Source: Gonapodya sp. JEL0774
Taxonomy: Eukaryota
Direction: 5' to 3'
Length of the DNA: 64,000 bases
Assembly: GCA_027604505.1 (NCBI GenBank)
Contig: JADIIX010000129.1
Span: 1 to 64,000 of the forward strand
The notes under the pieces: generated by a model
The model's database searches: none
Told to the model about the DNA's origin: nothing
Seen by the model: the letters and a program-made list of their open reading frames with translations, nothing else
In this document: positions 12,790-26,531 of the stretch, piece after piece
How positions within the stretch are numbered: the stretch's first letter is position 1
How the letters are laid out: each line of letters opens with the position of its first letter
Translations under genes and position numbers: made by a program

Positions 12790-13361
12790 ATGACAGCTTA
12801 AACTGATGAAACCCGAGCAAAGTTACGTTTGCATTCAAGAAAGTACATATGAACTCCACGATGCTATGAAGTCCGTTCACACATGACAATAGTTGGTGAT
12901 GGGAATAATGTCCTGTACTGTGTGCAAGGTCACAAGGACGACCCATTTGTCCCCTGAAACCAGGTCGGTTCGCTAATCAACCAACGAACACATAGCCCAA
13001 CGATAATGGCACTTCCACTTTGCCACCAACTTCCCCCAAGTGAAACGAGCTTCAATGTGCAAAACGTACTTGAAAATGGTCTGCGGGGTTTGCTACTGTT
13101 GTTTCCATCGAAGGACCGTCTCATATATGTTCGTGAACACTCTCCAAATCAAATATTGTTTTATCTTGAAAAGAAAGGGTGACATTAAGAACAAGAAAAA
13201 CAGCGTATGTTGGCTGGAAAGTAAAGTTTTGAACTTGGCTTGGCCAGCCTCATACATGCATTCTCTGCTCCTTCCTACTAACTTAGATTAATTGTGTAGG
13301 TATGAGACCATGAAGGATAGTGGAGCCGGCTCCAGGTGCACTCGCCAGCGTGCGAATGGGA

Positions 13362-13367
13362 TATAAA
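13362..13367 (+). promoter_or_regulatory. Candidate TATA box of eIF6
   Basis: TATAAA about 55 nt upstream of the ATG at 13420. Confidence 0.4.
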
Positions 13368-13419
13368 GAGAGAAAACTGTGTACAGTTTCCCGACACAAA
13401 AACCAATAATTCAACATTC

Positions 13420-14726
13420 ATGGCAGTCCGTTCGTATCCTCTATTGCTTTTTTCTTCATCGACCCTCTGGACGTTTGGACAGAACTGATGGAATGGCAGG
13501 AAGTTGACATCGTGTGTCCTCATCAGGCACCCAGTTCGAAAACTCAAACGACATTGGCGTTTTCGCCGCTCTAACCAACGCTTACTGCATTGTTGCTATT
13601 GGCGGATCGGAAAACTTTTACAGTGCATTCGAGGGAGAGGTGAGCATTGAGATTGTCTGCCCACGAGGAAGTAAATCAAGACATCGGAATCGATTCCCTC
13701 TCTGGCAAGGTTGCTGACGCTATCCCTGTTGTGCACGCGTCTATCGCCGGAACGCGAATAGTGGGGAGACTGACCGTCGGTGAGATAACGATGTTTATCT
13801 GAATATTCTGATGAATCATCTCCAAACTACTCACCGTTGTCAGGAAATCGACACGGCCTCCTCGTTCCTAACACAACTACTGATCAGGAGCTGCAACACT
13901 TGCGAAATTCGCTACCGGACAAGGTGGCTATTCAACGGATCGAGGAACGGCTGTCCGCACTTGGGAACGTTGTGGCATGTAACGACTATGTTGCGCTCGT
14001 ACATCCCGATATCGACCGAGTGAGCTCTGTTCTTCTGCACTTTATGATTTTTCTTCACGATTCAGTCCGCCGTTGACCCAGGAAACTGAGGAGATCATTG
14101 CAGACGTTCTCCAAGTGGAAGTGTTCCGACAGACGATAGCCGGAAATGTTCTGGTGGGGAGCTACTGCTCTCTCAGCAATCGAGGTGGCCTGGTACTTTT
14201 CGTCATGAGTGTGTCGGATAAATGGAAGTCATTGATAGATTTTGATACATTCTTCATAAGGTCCACCCCAGAACTAGTATTGCCGACCAGGACGAATTAT
14301 CGTCTCTGCTACAAATTCCTCTTGTGGTGAGTTGACATGATTGGAATGGACTCTATCTCCACCTCTGTTCTTGAACGACCCATATCAGGCCGGAACTGTG
14401 AACAGAGGCTCACCCAACATTGGAGGAGGACTTGTCGTAAATGACTTTGCTGCTGTGAGTTCCGATTTGAGGTACTACGTATTGAGTACACTTTAAAACC
14501 TGGGTCGTTTAGTTTGCTGGGATGGATACTACCAGTACAGAACTGTCCGTTGTCGAAAGCATTTTCAAGCTTCAACAATCTGGGCCGAGCTACGTTGTGA
14601 ATGACTTGAGGAATCAATTGATTGATAGCATGAGTGAGTGTCAGCCTGCCGCCACTTTGAACCTCTTCCAGAGTCTGACGAGTATCATGCTCGGTTTGAT
14701 GCAATGATCATTGTTTGCTAGCGTGA
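13420..14726 (+). CDS. TIF6: Eukaryotic translation initiation factor 6
   Basis: [88 protein letters not shown]; ends IDSMT* after a final intron. Confidence 0.97.
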
Positions 14727-14997
14727 TTGCTGTACATAACATACATTTTAGATTGCTAACTTTGTAAATGTTGCAGTTTGGGGAGCTTGCACACTTCGCA
14801 ACATCCTGATCACTGCTCACATAGAGGACTCAATTGCAAACCGCCTCATCCGAGTACCGGTGATTGAAGTGCACCTCGTCTCTTCATTATTCCAGCCAAA
14901 TTTGGAGTGGGACGGAGCCATCTCCGTCAACCCTTGTCGACCTGAACGTTTTGCCATCAACCAATCGTTTGCAACTTCATAAAGCAAGTTCCCCACA

Positions 14998-16592
14998 ATG
15001 GGCATATGCTTCAGCAAAGATGACAATCCAGAGGAGCGGCAGGTCTCGATGGGTATCGATCGAATGATGGAGGAAGATTCGAAACGATTAAAGAAGGAGG
15101 TCAAGATTCTCCTCCTCGGTAAGCTGGTTGAGGTCTTAATCCCTGCGAAATAATGAAGTTTATGGACAAAAGCCTTTCGTGGAAACTTTGCCGCTTCCAA
15201 TTGCGAATCCTTCTTCAGGGAGCGGAGAGTCGGGGAAGTCAACGATTGTTAAACAGATGAAGATTCTTCACCAGGACGGATACTCTAAAGCGGAACTACA
15301 GCAATTTCGAGCAACCGTACACAAGAACACCATCGATTCGGTGGTGCAACTCGTTTGCGCAGTTCGTAAATTCGAATTGAAATTTTACCTCAGAGAGAAC
15401 GAGGTAGGACGGAAGCTTCATGCAGGCCGTAGTGCCACCTGGTACAACTTGGCATTCTATTACAGATTTTTGCCGAACGAGTTTTGGTCATGGCCCCGGA
15501 TCCTGACTTCCGACTGACTCCAGATGTCGCCGACGGTATCGACTTGCTGTGGCGCGATCCAACCAGCGCGGCGGCAATGGAGCGATCCAGCGAGGCGTAT
15601 ATTTTGGATTCAGCACCCTAGTGGGTGAAAATTTTCATGCAAATGAAGAACCGTGCATAAATATTCAAATACTCGGTGCAGCTTCTTCGAGAATGTGAAA
15701 CGAATAGGGGAAGCAGAGTACGAACCAACCGAGCAAGACGTCTTACGATCACGAGTTAAAACCACTGGCATAACTGACACACGATTTGTTATGGGGCAGG
15801 TTTCCATACAGTGGGTCCTCGGTAAAAATCGTGCTCCATAAATGGCCACGGTAACTCCTCCACATTCTAGCATGTTTGATGTCGGCGGACAACGATCAGA
15901 ACGGCGAAAATGGATCCACTGCTTCGAGAACGTGACCTCTATTATTTTTTGCGTTGCCTTGAGTGAATACGACCAACATTTGATTGAAGACGAAAATATC
16001 GTAAGCAGGGGCATATGTGCATTCCCGTTCGCAGTGTAGTAAAATGCTGCACCGGCTCCGCAGAATCGAATGGCGGAAAGTCTCAGTCTCTTTTCTTCGG
16101 TTGTGAACAGTCGATGGTTTCTGCGTACATCCATCATTCTCTTTTTGAACAAAATTGATTTATTTAAAAACAAGCTAGCTAGAGTACCTCTAGAGCGGTA
16201 CTTTCCTGAATATGCTGGTAGGCTCTTCGGATTGGGAGAATTACGCCAAAATGTGAATCAATTCTGCATATTGCAGGTGGTCCTGATTTCGGCAAAGCAG
16301 CAAAGTTTTTGCTCTGGAAATTTTCGCAGGAAAACCGACAAAAATTGAACATGTGGGTATCTGTCTCCATATTCTGCCATGGAAATGCTCCAACATGGCC
16401 CGGCACTTCGCAACAGCTATCCCCATCTCACGCAAGCCACAGACACCTCAAATATCCGCCTCGTTTTTGCTGCCGTAAAAGTAACAATTCTGCAAAATGC
16501 CTTGAAGGATTCCGTAAGTTCCACACACTGTCTGGTTGGGTACATCCGGGACAACCAAACGTCTCTTGCCTGCGTTCCAGGGGATTATGTAA
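14998..16592 (+). CDS. Heterotrimeric G-protein alpha subunit (resembles the fungal cAMP-linked group III)
   Basis: MGICFS N-terminus, [59 protein letters not shown]; ends LKDSGIM*. Confidence 0.96.
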
Positions 16593-16693
16593 AACATCGA
16601 GTTTCGAGATTGATTTTAACGTGTTATGTATTGTGACGATGGCAATCTAGGTCAGAATATTTACGCAATTTATGCGACTCTGGCCATTGTAAA

Positions 16694-19600
16694 TCATGGG
16701 ACTGTAATGCATGAAATGCAGTCTTATTTGTTGTGAAAATCTCCAACCCGAAGAACTGAACGCACCTGCACATGGGTTGACTTTCCAAATTCTTTTACAG
16801 TAATCAGAGATCGATCGGTCACTGGAGAATTTACCCATGAGTGCAGTGCACATAACAGCCTTCTTAGCCCAGGCCGCACGATCTCGGTAAGACTTGTCCA
16901 CGGTGTCTTGGGCAGAGATATACGACTCGAAGTCGGCCGAAATGATGTAGTAATCACCGCCAACGGTTAGAGTAGCTAGATATTATCAGGAAAGAGACCA
17001 GTCAGACATATTTGCAAGATTCAGCAGGTCAAGGTACGTACAGACTAGAGGCTCGAAGATTCGCGGGTCGCCGAAGGCCCCCTGCTCAATGAGGTCAATA
17101 ACAACTCGGAGCTTCGGATCCACATCGCTCCGGCGGTAGCTACAAGAAACTAGTAAAACTCCGCCAATCATATGATTGAATTCTAAGCGCTCACCGGTTG
17201 GCATGACGGACTTCCTCCACCTGGTCGGCAAGCTTGCCGAAAAAGAATATATTCTCCTCCCCAACCTCCTCGCCGATCTCGATGTTCGCACCATCAACTG
17301 TGCCAAGAATTAATCCGCCGTTGAGAACGAACTGCGTTGCAAGCGAGGTTGGATGACATGCAAAATCGTTTTCGAACGGAGTACCCAACCTTCATATTGG
17401 AGGTACCAGAGGCCTCAGTTCCCGCTGTTGATATGTGCTGAGAAATATCGCTGGCGGGCATGCTGAAAAGTGGAAGAAACACAACTACATAAATCACTGT
17501 AAAAAGGCTTTTCAGTCATGATCACTTACATAATTTCGGCCAACGACACGTTGTAATTGGGAATAAAAACGACCTTCAGGAGCTGAGCGACATCCGGATC
17601 CTTGTTAACGACCTCGGCGACTGAGTTAATCAGCTTGATTACAAGTTTCGCGATGAAGTAGCCAGGGGCGGCCTTGCCGGCAAAAATGACCGCTCTTGGA
17701 ACCTCTTTAGCACGTTCGTCCTTGGTCAGCGCCTTCAAGCGCTGATAGCTGAAATACACTCAAATTAGACATTCAAGACAGTCTCACGCAAAAATTGCTT
17801 AAGCACCGGTAGATGACAGCAAGGATGTTCATGAACTGCCGTTTGTATTCATGAATCCCTGTACAACGGAGGCATTAGTGCACAGAAGATCACATCAACG
17901 AGAGTTTTGCTCACGCTTGACTTGAATGTCAAACATAAAGTCGGGAGGGATAGACACGTTGCAATTCGTCCTTATGTACTCCGCCAACCGAACCTAAAGC
18001 ACTGGATATGTCAAGTATACGAAAATTTCGGATAACTTCCGACCGACACCTGACCTTGTTCACTGTCGGCCAAAAGCAACAGGGAATGAGATGAGCAACA
18101 ATCAGTAGATGGCAGAGAGTCCCCATCCTGAGCTACTACACCCACAATACTTTATCTCCATGAACTTAGCCTGAAATTGTTTGTCGTCCGCGAACGGTAC
18201 CAACTTCTTGAGTTGCGACAGATCCTTTATCCAAGACTTGCTGCCTAACTTGTCAGTGATGAGCGCAGAAAGTCTAGGGTTACATTGGTGGAGCCAACGA
18301 CGTGGTGTTACACCGTTGGTAACGTTAGTGAACTTTGGAGCACCGAAGTACTCCACGAAGTCTGAGAAAACCTGTTCAGAATTTGATCAGAGCTACTCGA
18401 TAAAGGAGGCTGATAAATCGATCAAGTGCGCACCACGTTCTTGATCAGGTTTGAGTGCAGCTCTGCAACGCCGTTGACGGTATGGGAGCCTACGATTGCC
18501 AGGAACGCCATGCGCACGTATTGAGGGTGACCCTAATTTAAGATTCGAGTCAGTGACACAGTTTGAATCGAACGAAGGCATTGGGCCAATTCCAAAATCC
18601 CACTTCCTCGATGATGGACATCCTCCTGAGCCGGTCGCGGTCATGTGGAAACTTCTTTTCAACATCCTGCAGGAAAAACTGGCGAATGGGGATATGGAGA
18701 GCTTGTTTTGAGCCATCATCACCTGAGGCATTCTTCGGTTTATGCAGAACGTACGAGGTTTATATCAAAGATGATCATCATATGTCTTGGTAGGAGATCT
18801 GCCAAGAGTGGCACCGCCCACTTCTCAAGTGCCTCCGGAAGCACAGTGTGGTTCGTAAATGAGTAAACCTTGGTGCTTTGCAATTTCCACCGATCAACAT
18901 AGTGAGAGCGACAATTCTCTATTTACTCAACAATGTCGCCAAACACTCACACAAGGTCCCACGCATCCGCCCATGTCAGTCCCTCCTCATCAATGAGGAT
19001 GCGTTGGAGCTCCACAATGCCCAGAGTTGGGTGCGTGTCATTCAGCTGGATAGCAACCTGGCCAGGAAAGTCGGACCAAGGACGAGAAGTTTTCTTGAAG
19101 CGACGTATGACGTCTAAGAGCGTGGATGAGTGAGACAAAAAGGAGTGATTTGAATGCTTGGAATGAGAGGTGCCACAATGGTCTACCTTGAAGAGTGGCG
19201 CACACGAAAAGGTACTGCTGCTTCAATCTTAAAATCTTTCCAACCATACTGTTGGCGTCAGCGTCAAAGGTACGTCCGGCACGTCCGGTGGGGAATGTTG
19301 TAAATGAGTTGGCAATCAATCAATTGCCGTGCCAAATTACCCGAATCTCAAATTTACCCACTGGTTATCATTTGGATACAAAACGGCCGTGATGTTCTCG
19401 GACGTTTTTTGTTCCTCTACAGCCTTCTCATAGTTCCCCTCGTTGAAACTGGCGAAATCAAACTCTTTCTGCGGTTTGCCACTCCACAACCTGATATTGA
19501 TGCAGTTCTTGGTGTCGAAACCCGGAATCGGTACGTCGTAGGCTACCGCGACCACCTTTTCCCCGCCCTCCCAGACGTAGCGGACAGTGTTTTCGTCCTC

Positions 19601-21450
19601 GACGATCTTGTTGACGTAGCCCCGAAAGCGCACTTCATAGGTGACCTACGCGGTGAAGGAAATGGTGCACCAGATATGGTCCCAGTAAGGTGTTAGATTG
19701 ACAACTGAACGTTTGTTTTTGGCGGAGGTCAGGGAAAACCAGTATCTGGAGTTTCACTCAGATCTGGGTTCAACGTCTCCTCACCACCGAGCAAAAATGG
19801 CTCTCGCAACCCCTGCGCCATGCCTCATACCCCCATTATGATCGCTACCTACATCCAACCTCTCAATCTCCCACGGGTTTCCAAAGTTCAGCCAATAATC
19901 GGGAAACTCCGTTTGATACCCGTCCACAATGCGTTGCTGGAAGATACCATACGTATAGCGGATACCATAGCCCCAGGCGGCGAGGTTGAGAGTCGAGAGG
20001 GAGTCTTCTCGGGGAAGAAGGATCGAGGTGGTTGGATAGTATGTAGAGGTTGCACGAGATAAGTTGAGGAAAGGAAAACTCCCTTCACACTCCAGCGCAA
20101 TATTCCCGCAGCACCGAATTGCCAACAATGCTCACCCATAAAGCACGCCGCCAATCTTCCTAACCCTCCGTTTCCCAACGCCGCGTCCACCTCCTCATTT
20201 ACGAGATCCTCTACTCTGAACCCTAGCTGCTTTAGAGCGTCCCTGTACGTTTCCTTAATATCCAAGTTTAAGAGAGCATTGTCGAGCGACCTTCCCAGGA
20301 GGAACTCCAGAGACAGGTAGTATATACGCTTGGGATCCATTTTGGTGTGGTGCTGCTGAGTGATGTTCCACTTGTCGATGAGACGATCGCGAACACCGAA
20401 GGCAAGAGCTTGGTAGGCAGCGAAATCATCCATGTTGTGGGCTGTACGAGCCTGAGGTAGAACAGGTGACAGATGCCGGCAAAAGTACGTCAGACAGAAA
20501 CAAAGCCAGCCAACGGATAATGGATAACACGAAATCAGTAGACAATGAGCACGAGACGGGACAAGCAAACCAGGATTAGGATTAGGTGTCGTCGGTTGAT
20601 TCTGATTTCATGTCATCCGACACTCCAAAGTCCATAGATTTCGGTCTAAAAGCACCACGACTAACCATGTTACCGGTCTGCTAGCTGTAGCGTACTGATG
20701 TTCGCAACTGCCCGTAGACATCCCAATTCGTCCTGTAGCGCTCCGTTCGGGCCACTTCTAAACGCCGGTCAACTCACCAAAGTCTTGGTGACATGGCGGC
20801 AGAAGGAGCGCTGGATCGCTTCAAGTTCTGTTTGGCAGAAGGGGGATTTGAATAATGAATTTGTAATTGTGATTAGATCGAATTCTGGTGTTAACCGCTA
20901 ACAAGACCCGAGGGCGGGTATCGCGGAAACTGCATCTCTGTAAGCGATGCCTCCCATCGAAAGCTCAGTTTTCGAATGGCATAGCGCCCAGGTGCCAAAA
21001 GTAACTGATCTCTGTTACAACATGATGTTCCACTCACCCATGCCCTCTGGAGCAGTGAACTTCTGCCAGATAGGCAGCGATTCCGGAGCTGGCATCCCTG
21101 TAATTCAAAGCAAGAGTGTGGACAGTGCGTGTGGGCAGAAGGAGAGCGGTCGAATTCATTTCCTGTTGGCAACACAAACGGGCGGAGGACATGAACAACC
21201 AAGGATCATGTCGAGCCTCACATTTGGGCGGTTGGTGAGGGATTGGTCCTGTCACGGACCGCTTGTGGTGGAAGTTCGCCTGGATGGGAGGAAGGAAAAG
21301 AGGTGTTCATCGAACTAAACAACCAAACAACAGAAGGGAGAAGGCCGCGTTTTCCTGTGGCGAGTCCACGGGCATATTGAAACATCTGCCAATAATTTAT
21401 GTGACTCAGCCATTCAGTGGACAGACCTTGGTGTCTGGCAAAGGCGGCAT
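16694..21450 (-). CDS. GPH1: Glycogen phosphorylase
   Basis: [73 protein letters not shown] (PLP lysine), GKFSSDRSI. The 5' exons ([19 protein letters not shown]) are inferred. Confidence 0.96.
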
Positions 21451-21985
21451 TGGTGATGTAGTTTCGATGATCCACCGATAGCGGTGAATGACTCGTAACA
21501 GGTGGCGCAGCTGCTCCCACCTTCATCACAATTCTTTGCAATCATAAAACAGAATCTCTCTCTTATACAACAAAATAGAAAGCAGAGAATTTCGGAATGA
21601 CTGGAAGAAGAAGCGAAAGAAAGAGAAGCTTCCTCACATTTAGTGACAGAAACAACTCTCGTCCTTTGCAGCGAGAAACCACGACATTAAACAGGATAAA
21701 GGCAAGAAATCCAAGAAAAGGCCTCGCGTCGCTAGACTGTCAGACTGTCTTCGGTTTCGTTCCAGTAATTCTGCCAAAGATGCTGACAGAGACAGTCAAA
21801 CATGTACGTAAGTATTCTGTTACTTTCTGCTCAACCTTTATCTAGCTGCTACGAGGAGATTTACATAACTGTAGCTCGATCGAATGATATGGGAGAATTG
21901 AATTCAAATACTATTCTATTGGCCCCCTGTTAGGTTAGAGGTTCTACCGAACAGCATCTCTCCCACCCAGCTTTCCATTCCATCA

Positions 21986-24219
21986 ATGACAAACAAGTCC
22001 GCCTCATACGATTACTTGATCAAATTGCTTCTCATTGGTGACTCAGGTGCGTCTATTTTGTGCTGCGAGCAGTCACCGAACGACTGGGTGGTCACAGACT
22101 TGGAAGCACCGAAGACGAGACCTATGGTTGGAACAGAGATGGCAATGGATGGCCAGAACGCTCATAGTCGGTGTACGCCTGTTCGCGTAGGACTCCGGAG
22201 ACGGGATAGCATGTGGAAGCAGGAAGAGGAAGTTGCCTCCCATCCCCAGCTTCGAATAGAGGACCGGACTCCGCTTGAGACTTTGCTCCGTATGAATTCG
22301 GACGAATGTAGTGAGCTGGTGAGCGGAGTCCAACCTATTGGGTCCTCCGGGGGATGGAATTGTACAGAGATTTCGCGTCAGCCAACCTACGCGCGAATTC
22401 CCATCTCCCTCTGTTCTGCTACAAGAACCAGAAAGCATGACAGGGCGAGCTCTTTCTGCCTTAGAACTGGCATGGCACCGTCAGGACTAGATGCGACTTT
22501 GATTTTAGAGCGCCAGTTCCGCAACCGTTTGTCCCCACACGCCACTCAACCCGAATCTCTTTTAAAATAAGGTGTCGGAAAGTCCTGTCTTCTCCTACGC
22601 TTCTCGGATGACTCGTTCACCCCCTCCTTCATCACTACCATCGGTATCGACTTCAAGATCCGCACCGTGGATCTGGATGGGAAGAGAGTGAAGTTGCAGA
22701 TTTGGGATACAGCGGGGCAAGAAAGGTGCAAAAATCGTTCTCAGTGTCGGAGGGAGGAGGGGGTGGCCTATTTGCTGACTTGGTTCTCGGTGGTTGTTTC
22801 CAAACGCATTCCTGCGTCGATTGCGTGGTGTGGATTTTGGTGTGACGGTCAGATTCCGGACCATCACGACAGGTGAGTGAGTAGAATTCAGTTGGTCGGC
22901 GATAAACGAGACTCTTGTAGTATGGGGAAAGGGTCATGCGGATGCTCGTATGGCATGCGACTCAAGCGAACAGCTCACATCAGTCGTCCTGACACTACCC
23001 GCGAAATCCTTGGGTGGAGGAGATCAAGTGACAATGATTTTGCGGTGCTTACCGCCGAATTGTAGGGGAGTGCAAGGTGGCGGATTGTGGACTCCCAACA
23101 ACGAAACGTACCTGTTTATCGAAATCACCTTGCCCCTGGACATCTTGACCTTTTCCTACCTTCTTCTGTTGCTTTCGTGGCTTATCTTCCCTTTTCCTCC
23201 CCATCTCGTTCTGCATGGTATCCATCGTTCTTGAACTCTCGTGGTCCAATCCAGCATACTATCGTGGCGCTATGGGTATTCTTCTCGTGTACGATGTGAC
23301 AGATGAAAGGTCTTTTAACAGTGGGTTCCTTTATGTGCCACGTGGCTCGGGGGATCGAAAGTGACGATTTCGTCATTTCTCCAACATTCGATTCACATCC
23401 GTCCCACCTCCATGTTTAATCTCCTTCTCCTTGCACCCCATAATCCGCGTGTGCCATTGGCGAAACCCTGCTTATTGGCTCCCAGACGTCCGCAACTGGA
23501 TACGGAACATTGAACAACATGCAACTGAGGGTGTGAATAAGGTCCTTATCGGCAACAAGTGCGACATGACTGATAAACGACAGGTTACGAAAGAGCAGGG
23601 ACAGGCATTGGCGGATGAGTACGGGATTAGATTTGTCGAGACCAGTGCCAAGAGCAACCAAGGGGTGGAAGAAGCGTTTTTGGCGTTGGCGAGGTGAGAG
23701 TTGGTCGGGCGGGGGTTGAGCCACGAGCAAAGGAAGAGCGATGTGGGGACTTTGTCGGCTGAATTGGACTTATTCGGTGGTTGGCCTGCTGTCGCGTGTT
23801 TACTGTCAGCAATTAGCAGAGCTTTCATAGGCTGATGTGTCGGAGACCCATTTATTGGCATGTGAAAACAAAGCGATGGATGCGTTCTGGGTAAGCGCAA
23901 AGTTGGGATTCGACGCATCGTGTGGCAGCGACCATGAGTAGTTCTCACTGGATTTGCATCTTCGGCTTTGACGCGCTTTTGATGTCGAATCATCTACTGA
24001 CTTTGCGCCTGCACTGGAACGTTTTCACTGTGCACCGCTCACCATATAATCCCTCTCCACTCCCTACCCATGCGCACTGTTCCACCCATGCTCGCACCCC
24101 AAAGAGACATTAAGAAACGTCTCATCGACTCGCCCGAAGGCAAACCCGATGCATCCAAAACCGCTGGCGTGAACGTTAACGCAGCGAACCAACCCGCGGC
24201 CGCAGGGGGTTGCTGTTAG
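21986..24219 (+). CDS. Rab8/Sec4/Ypt2-family GTPase
   Basis: [83 protein letters not shown]-terminal GGCC*. Confidence 0.96.
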
Positions 24220-24723
24220 GCGCTTTTTATGGATATGGAGGTTGGATAGAAGTGTGCTGTGCAATTTGAAATGGAAAATGCCAGTAGGGGCTGTGCAGCT
24301 GTATAGAATCGCGAGGACGACTGGGATTGGGTATGGATATGGATGCTGGAGTGGTCGGATGCGAACACTTTTTGGGGAAAGTGAAGGATTCCACACGCAC
24401 GTTCGCAATTGGTTTTAATATTCGGCACCTGACGGAGTCGATTAACGAATGGGGTAGAGTTCGCTGGTGTGTCTGTCGCATCGCGAGTATCATACATGTC
24501 TCGTCTTTTGGGAGCTTGCCTTGTTTCGAATACATAACATTGTAGTGGCACCTTGTTAGTGGCGCCTTGGGTATCGGTTAGTCTCGAGTACTCTAGGTAT
24601 TAGGATCTCATTCTCCCATTCTTGAGAAATATCTATTATTTCTAAACTACCGGCAAAAGCAAGAGTCACGCTGGTGCACTCCAAAGGAACATCCACCGAC
24701 CTGAGTCGTCCAAATCTAACAGC

Positions 24724-26309
24724 ATGTCGGGCAAGGAAGAGAACAAAGAATCTGCGCCGATGCTGTATCTGGTATGCCGCACTCTTTGTTCAGAACGGGA
24801 CGCAGGAGAGTCATAGCGCCTCATTTCGATTTTACCGAAACTGGATGTGTTCGTCAGGAAGACTACCTCGATACGCTTGAGTCCTTGCCGGCAGAACTCT
24901 CTAGAAATTTCTCCCTCATTAGGGAGCTCGAGGCGTTGGCGCGAGGTGAGCAATCCGGAGAAACGTGAGGCTATGATGCCTCTGGAGAATGGCAAGGACG
25001 AACATCCGATGAAGATTCGTTTGAAATCTGTTTGTACCATGTTCTTCCAGCTACTTGGAGTTGGCGTGGCACTGCTCCGAGTAGAATGTGCGCTGAGATG
25101 TGAAATGGCAACACTGCAACGGTGACCCAGGTCAGCATGTGGCTATCGGCTCATCTCCAGCTGCCTTCAACGTGAAAGTGCATTTCAGGATATAGGACTA
25201 ATCTAAGGAGTTCATGGCCGGAATAGTGGTGGTGTGGAATGGTCTGAATGAAGTACCACCTGTCTTGCATGCGTCGACCATGGCCAGCCGCAGAATTATC
25301 GTTTCGCATAACGGGCCTTGCGAATTGAATTGCTTGGATGGGCACGACTTGCCTTGGACCCAATGTTGCACGATGAGTTCTACAACACTCTCACTCTCCT
25401 TACTGTTGTGCAAATCGATCTTAGCTTCCCAGTCTTCGCTCCATGCCACGTCTGCCACCCTCATGACCACGCTTCGTGACCTCCCTCCGGCCTCCAAAAC
25501 CACACATCTTCTCAATCTTCGAACCCAACTCGCCTCTCTCGTTCGCCACAACGAGTCTAAAGTCACCCTTGCAGCGCAAACTTATGAGAGCGTTGACCGC
25601 GCTATACGGAGACTAGATGATGATTTGAAGAGGTACGATGAGGAGACAATGGCTGTTGTCAGGGGGAGGATCGCGGGGTTCTCGGGTGCGGCAAGGAAAC
25701 ACGGGCATGGACATCGGCAACAAGTACAGTCTGGTCGGAAGGAGGATCTGAAGAGGAGAAGTGAACAGGGTGGAGAGTTGAATAACCAACCGAAGAGTGA
25801 GTGCCATATGGGCTCAACTTGTTCCATTTTGCCTCAACGAACGCGCTTTGACATCGACTGCCGTACCACCAACCGCGGGAACCCGTACAGAACTCCGAAC
25901 CACCGCTGCAACCGCTCCCATCACAATCGCGGGTGCCTCTTCCTCAAAAAACTCCAAACGGTCAAAATCCAATTCAACTACTGGTGGGATTCCAGAACCT
26001 CCTCCAGTAGTTCCCCAAGATATTTCTGCCTTCATCTCTCCTTCGGACGAAATTGACCCAAACGAGCCCGTTTATTGCGTGTGTCACCAAGTGAGCTATG
26101 GAGAGATGGTGGGGTGTGATGATGGGGAGGTAAGTTTAGTGTCGGTGTGATTGTGGTTTGTGGACGGTTGATCCTGGGATTGTTTGCTTTAGTGCGAAAT
26201 CGAGTGGTTCCACATGGGGTGCGTTGGTCTCTCTGCGCCTCCACGAGGAAAGTGGTACTGTCCGGATTGCACTGCCAGACGAGCTAAGGAGAGTGGTGGT
26301 AGGCGGTGA
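24724..26309 (+). CDS. ING-family PHD finger chromatin protein
   Basis: [29 protein letters not shown] domain, [26 protein letters not shown] finger [33 protein letters not shown]...GKWYCPDC. Confidence 0.93.
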
Positions 26310-26531
26310 CAAATCCTCCATACTTAAGCCATCAGATGAAACGGTGGAGAGCTGATAATTGTGTTGTGTGCTCCTCACGCCGATGTACAATAAGTAGTTT
26401 GCTTGGACGTTCTACGGTATTTTGTTGCTAGCATCAAACATTGTAAAGTTGGGAGACCACTTGTGAATTTGGTCACGATTGGTCGACTATGAACACTGTC
26501 TGTACAATATCATGCCAGATTACCCACGACT

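Noticed and set aside
12800..13400. Possible small minus-strand gene between HSBP1 and eIF6
   Set aside because: I could not build a consistent exon chain or a recognisable product.
13434..13442. GTATCCTCT resembling a U12-type 5' splice site in eIF6 intron 1
   Set aside because: Using it breaks the frame. The upstream GTTCGT donor gives the conserved MAVR-TQFEN.
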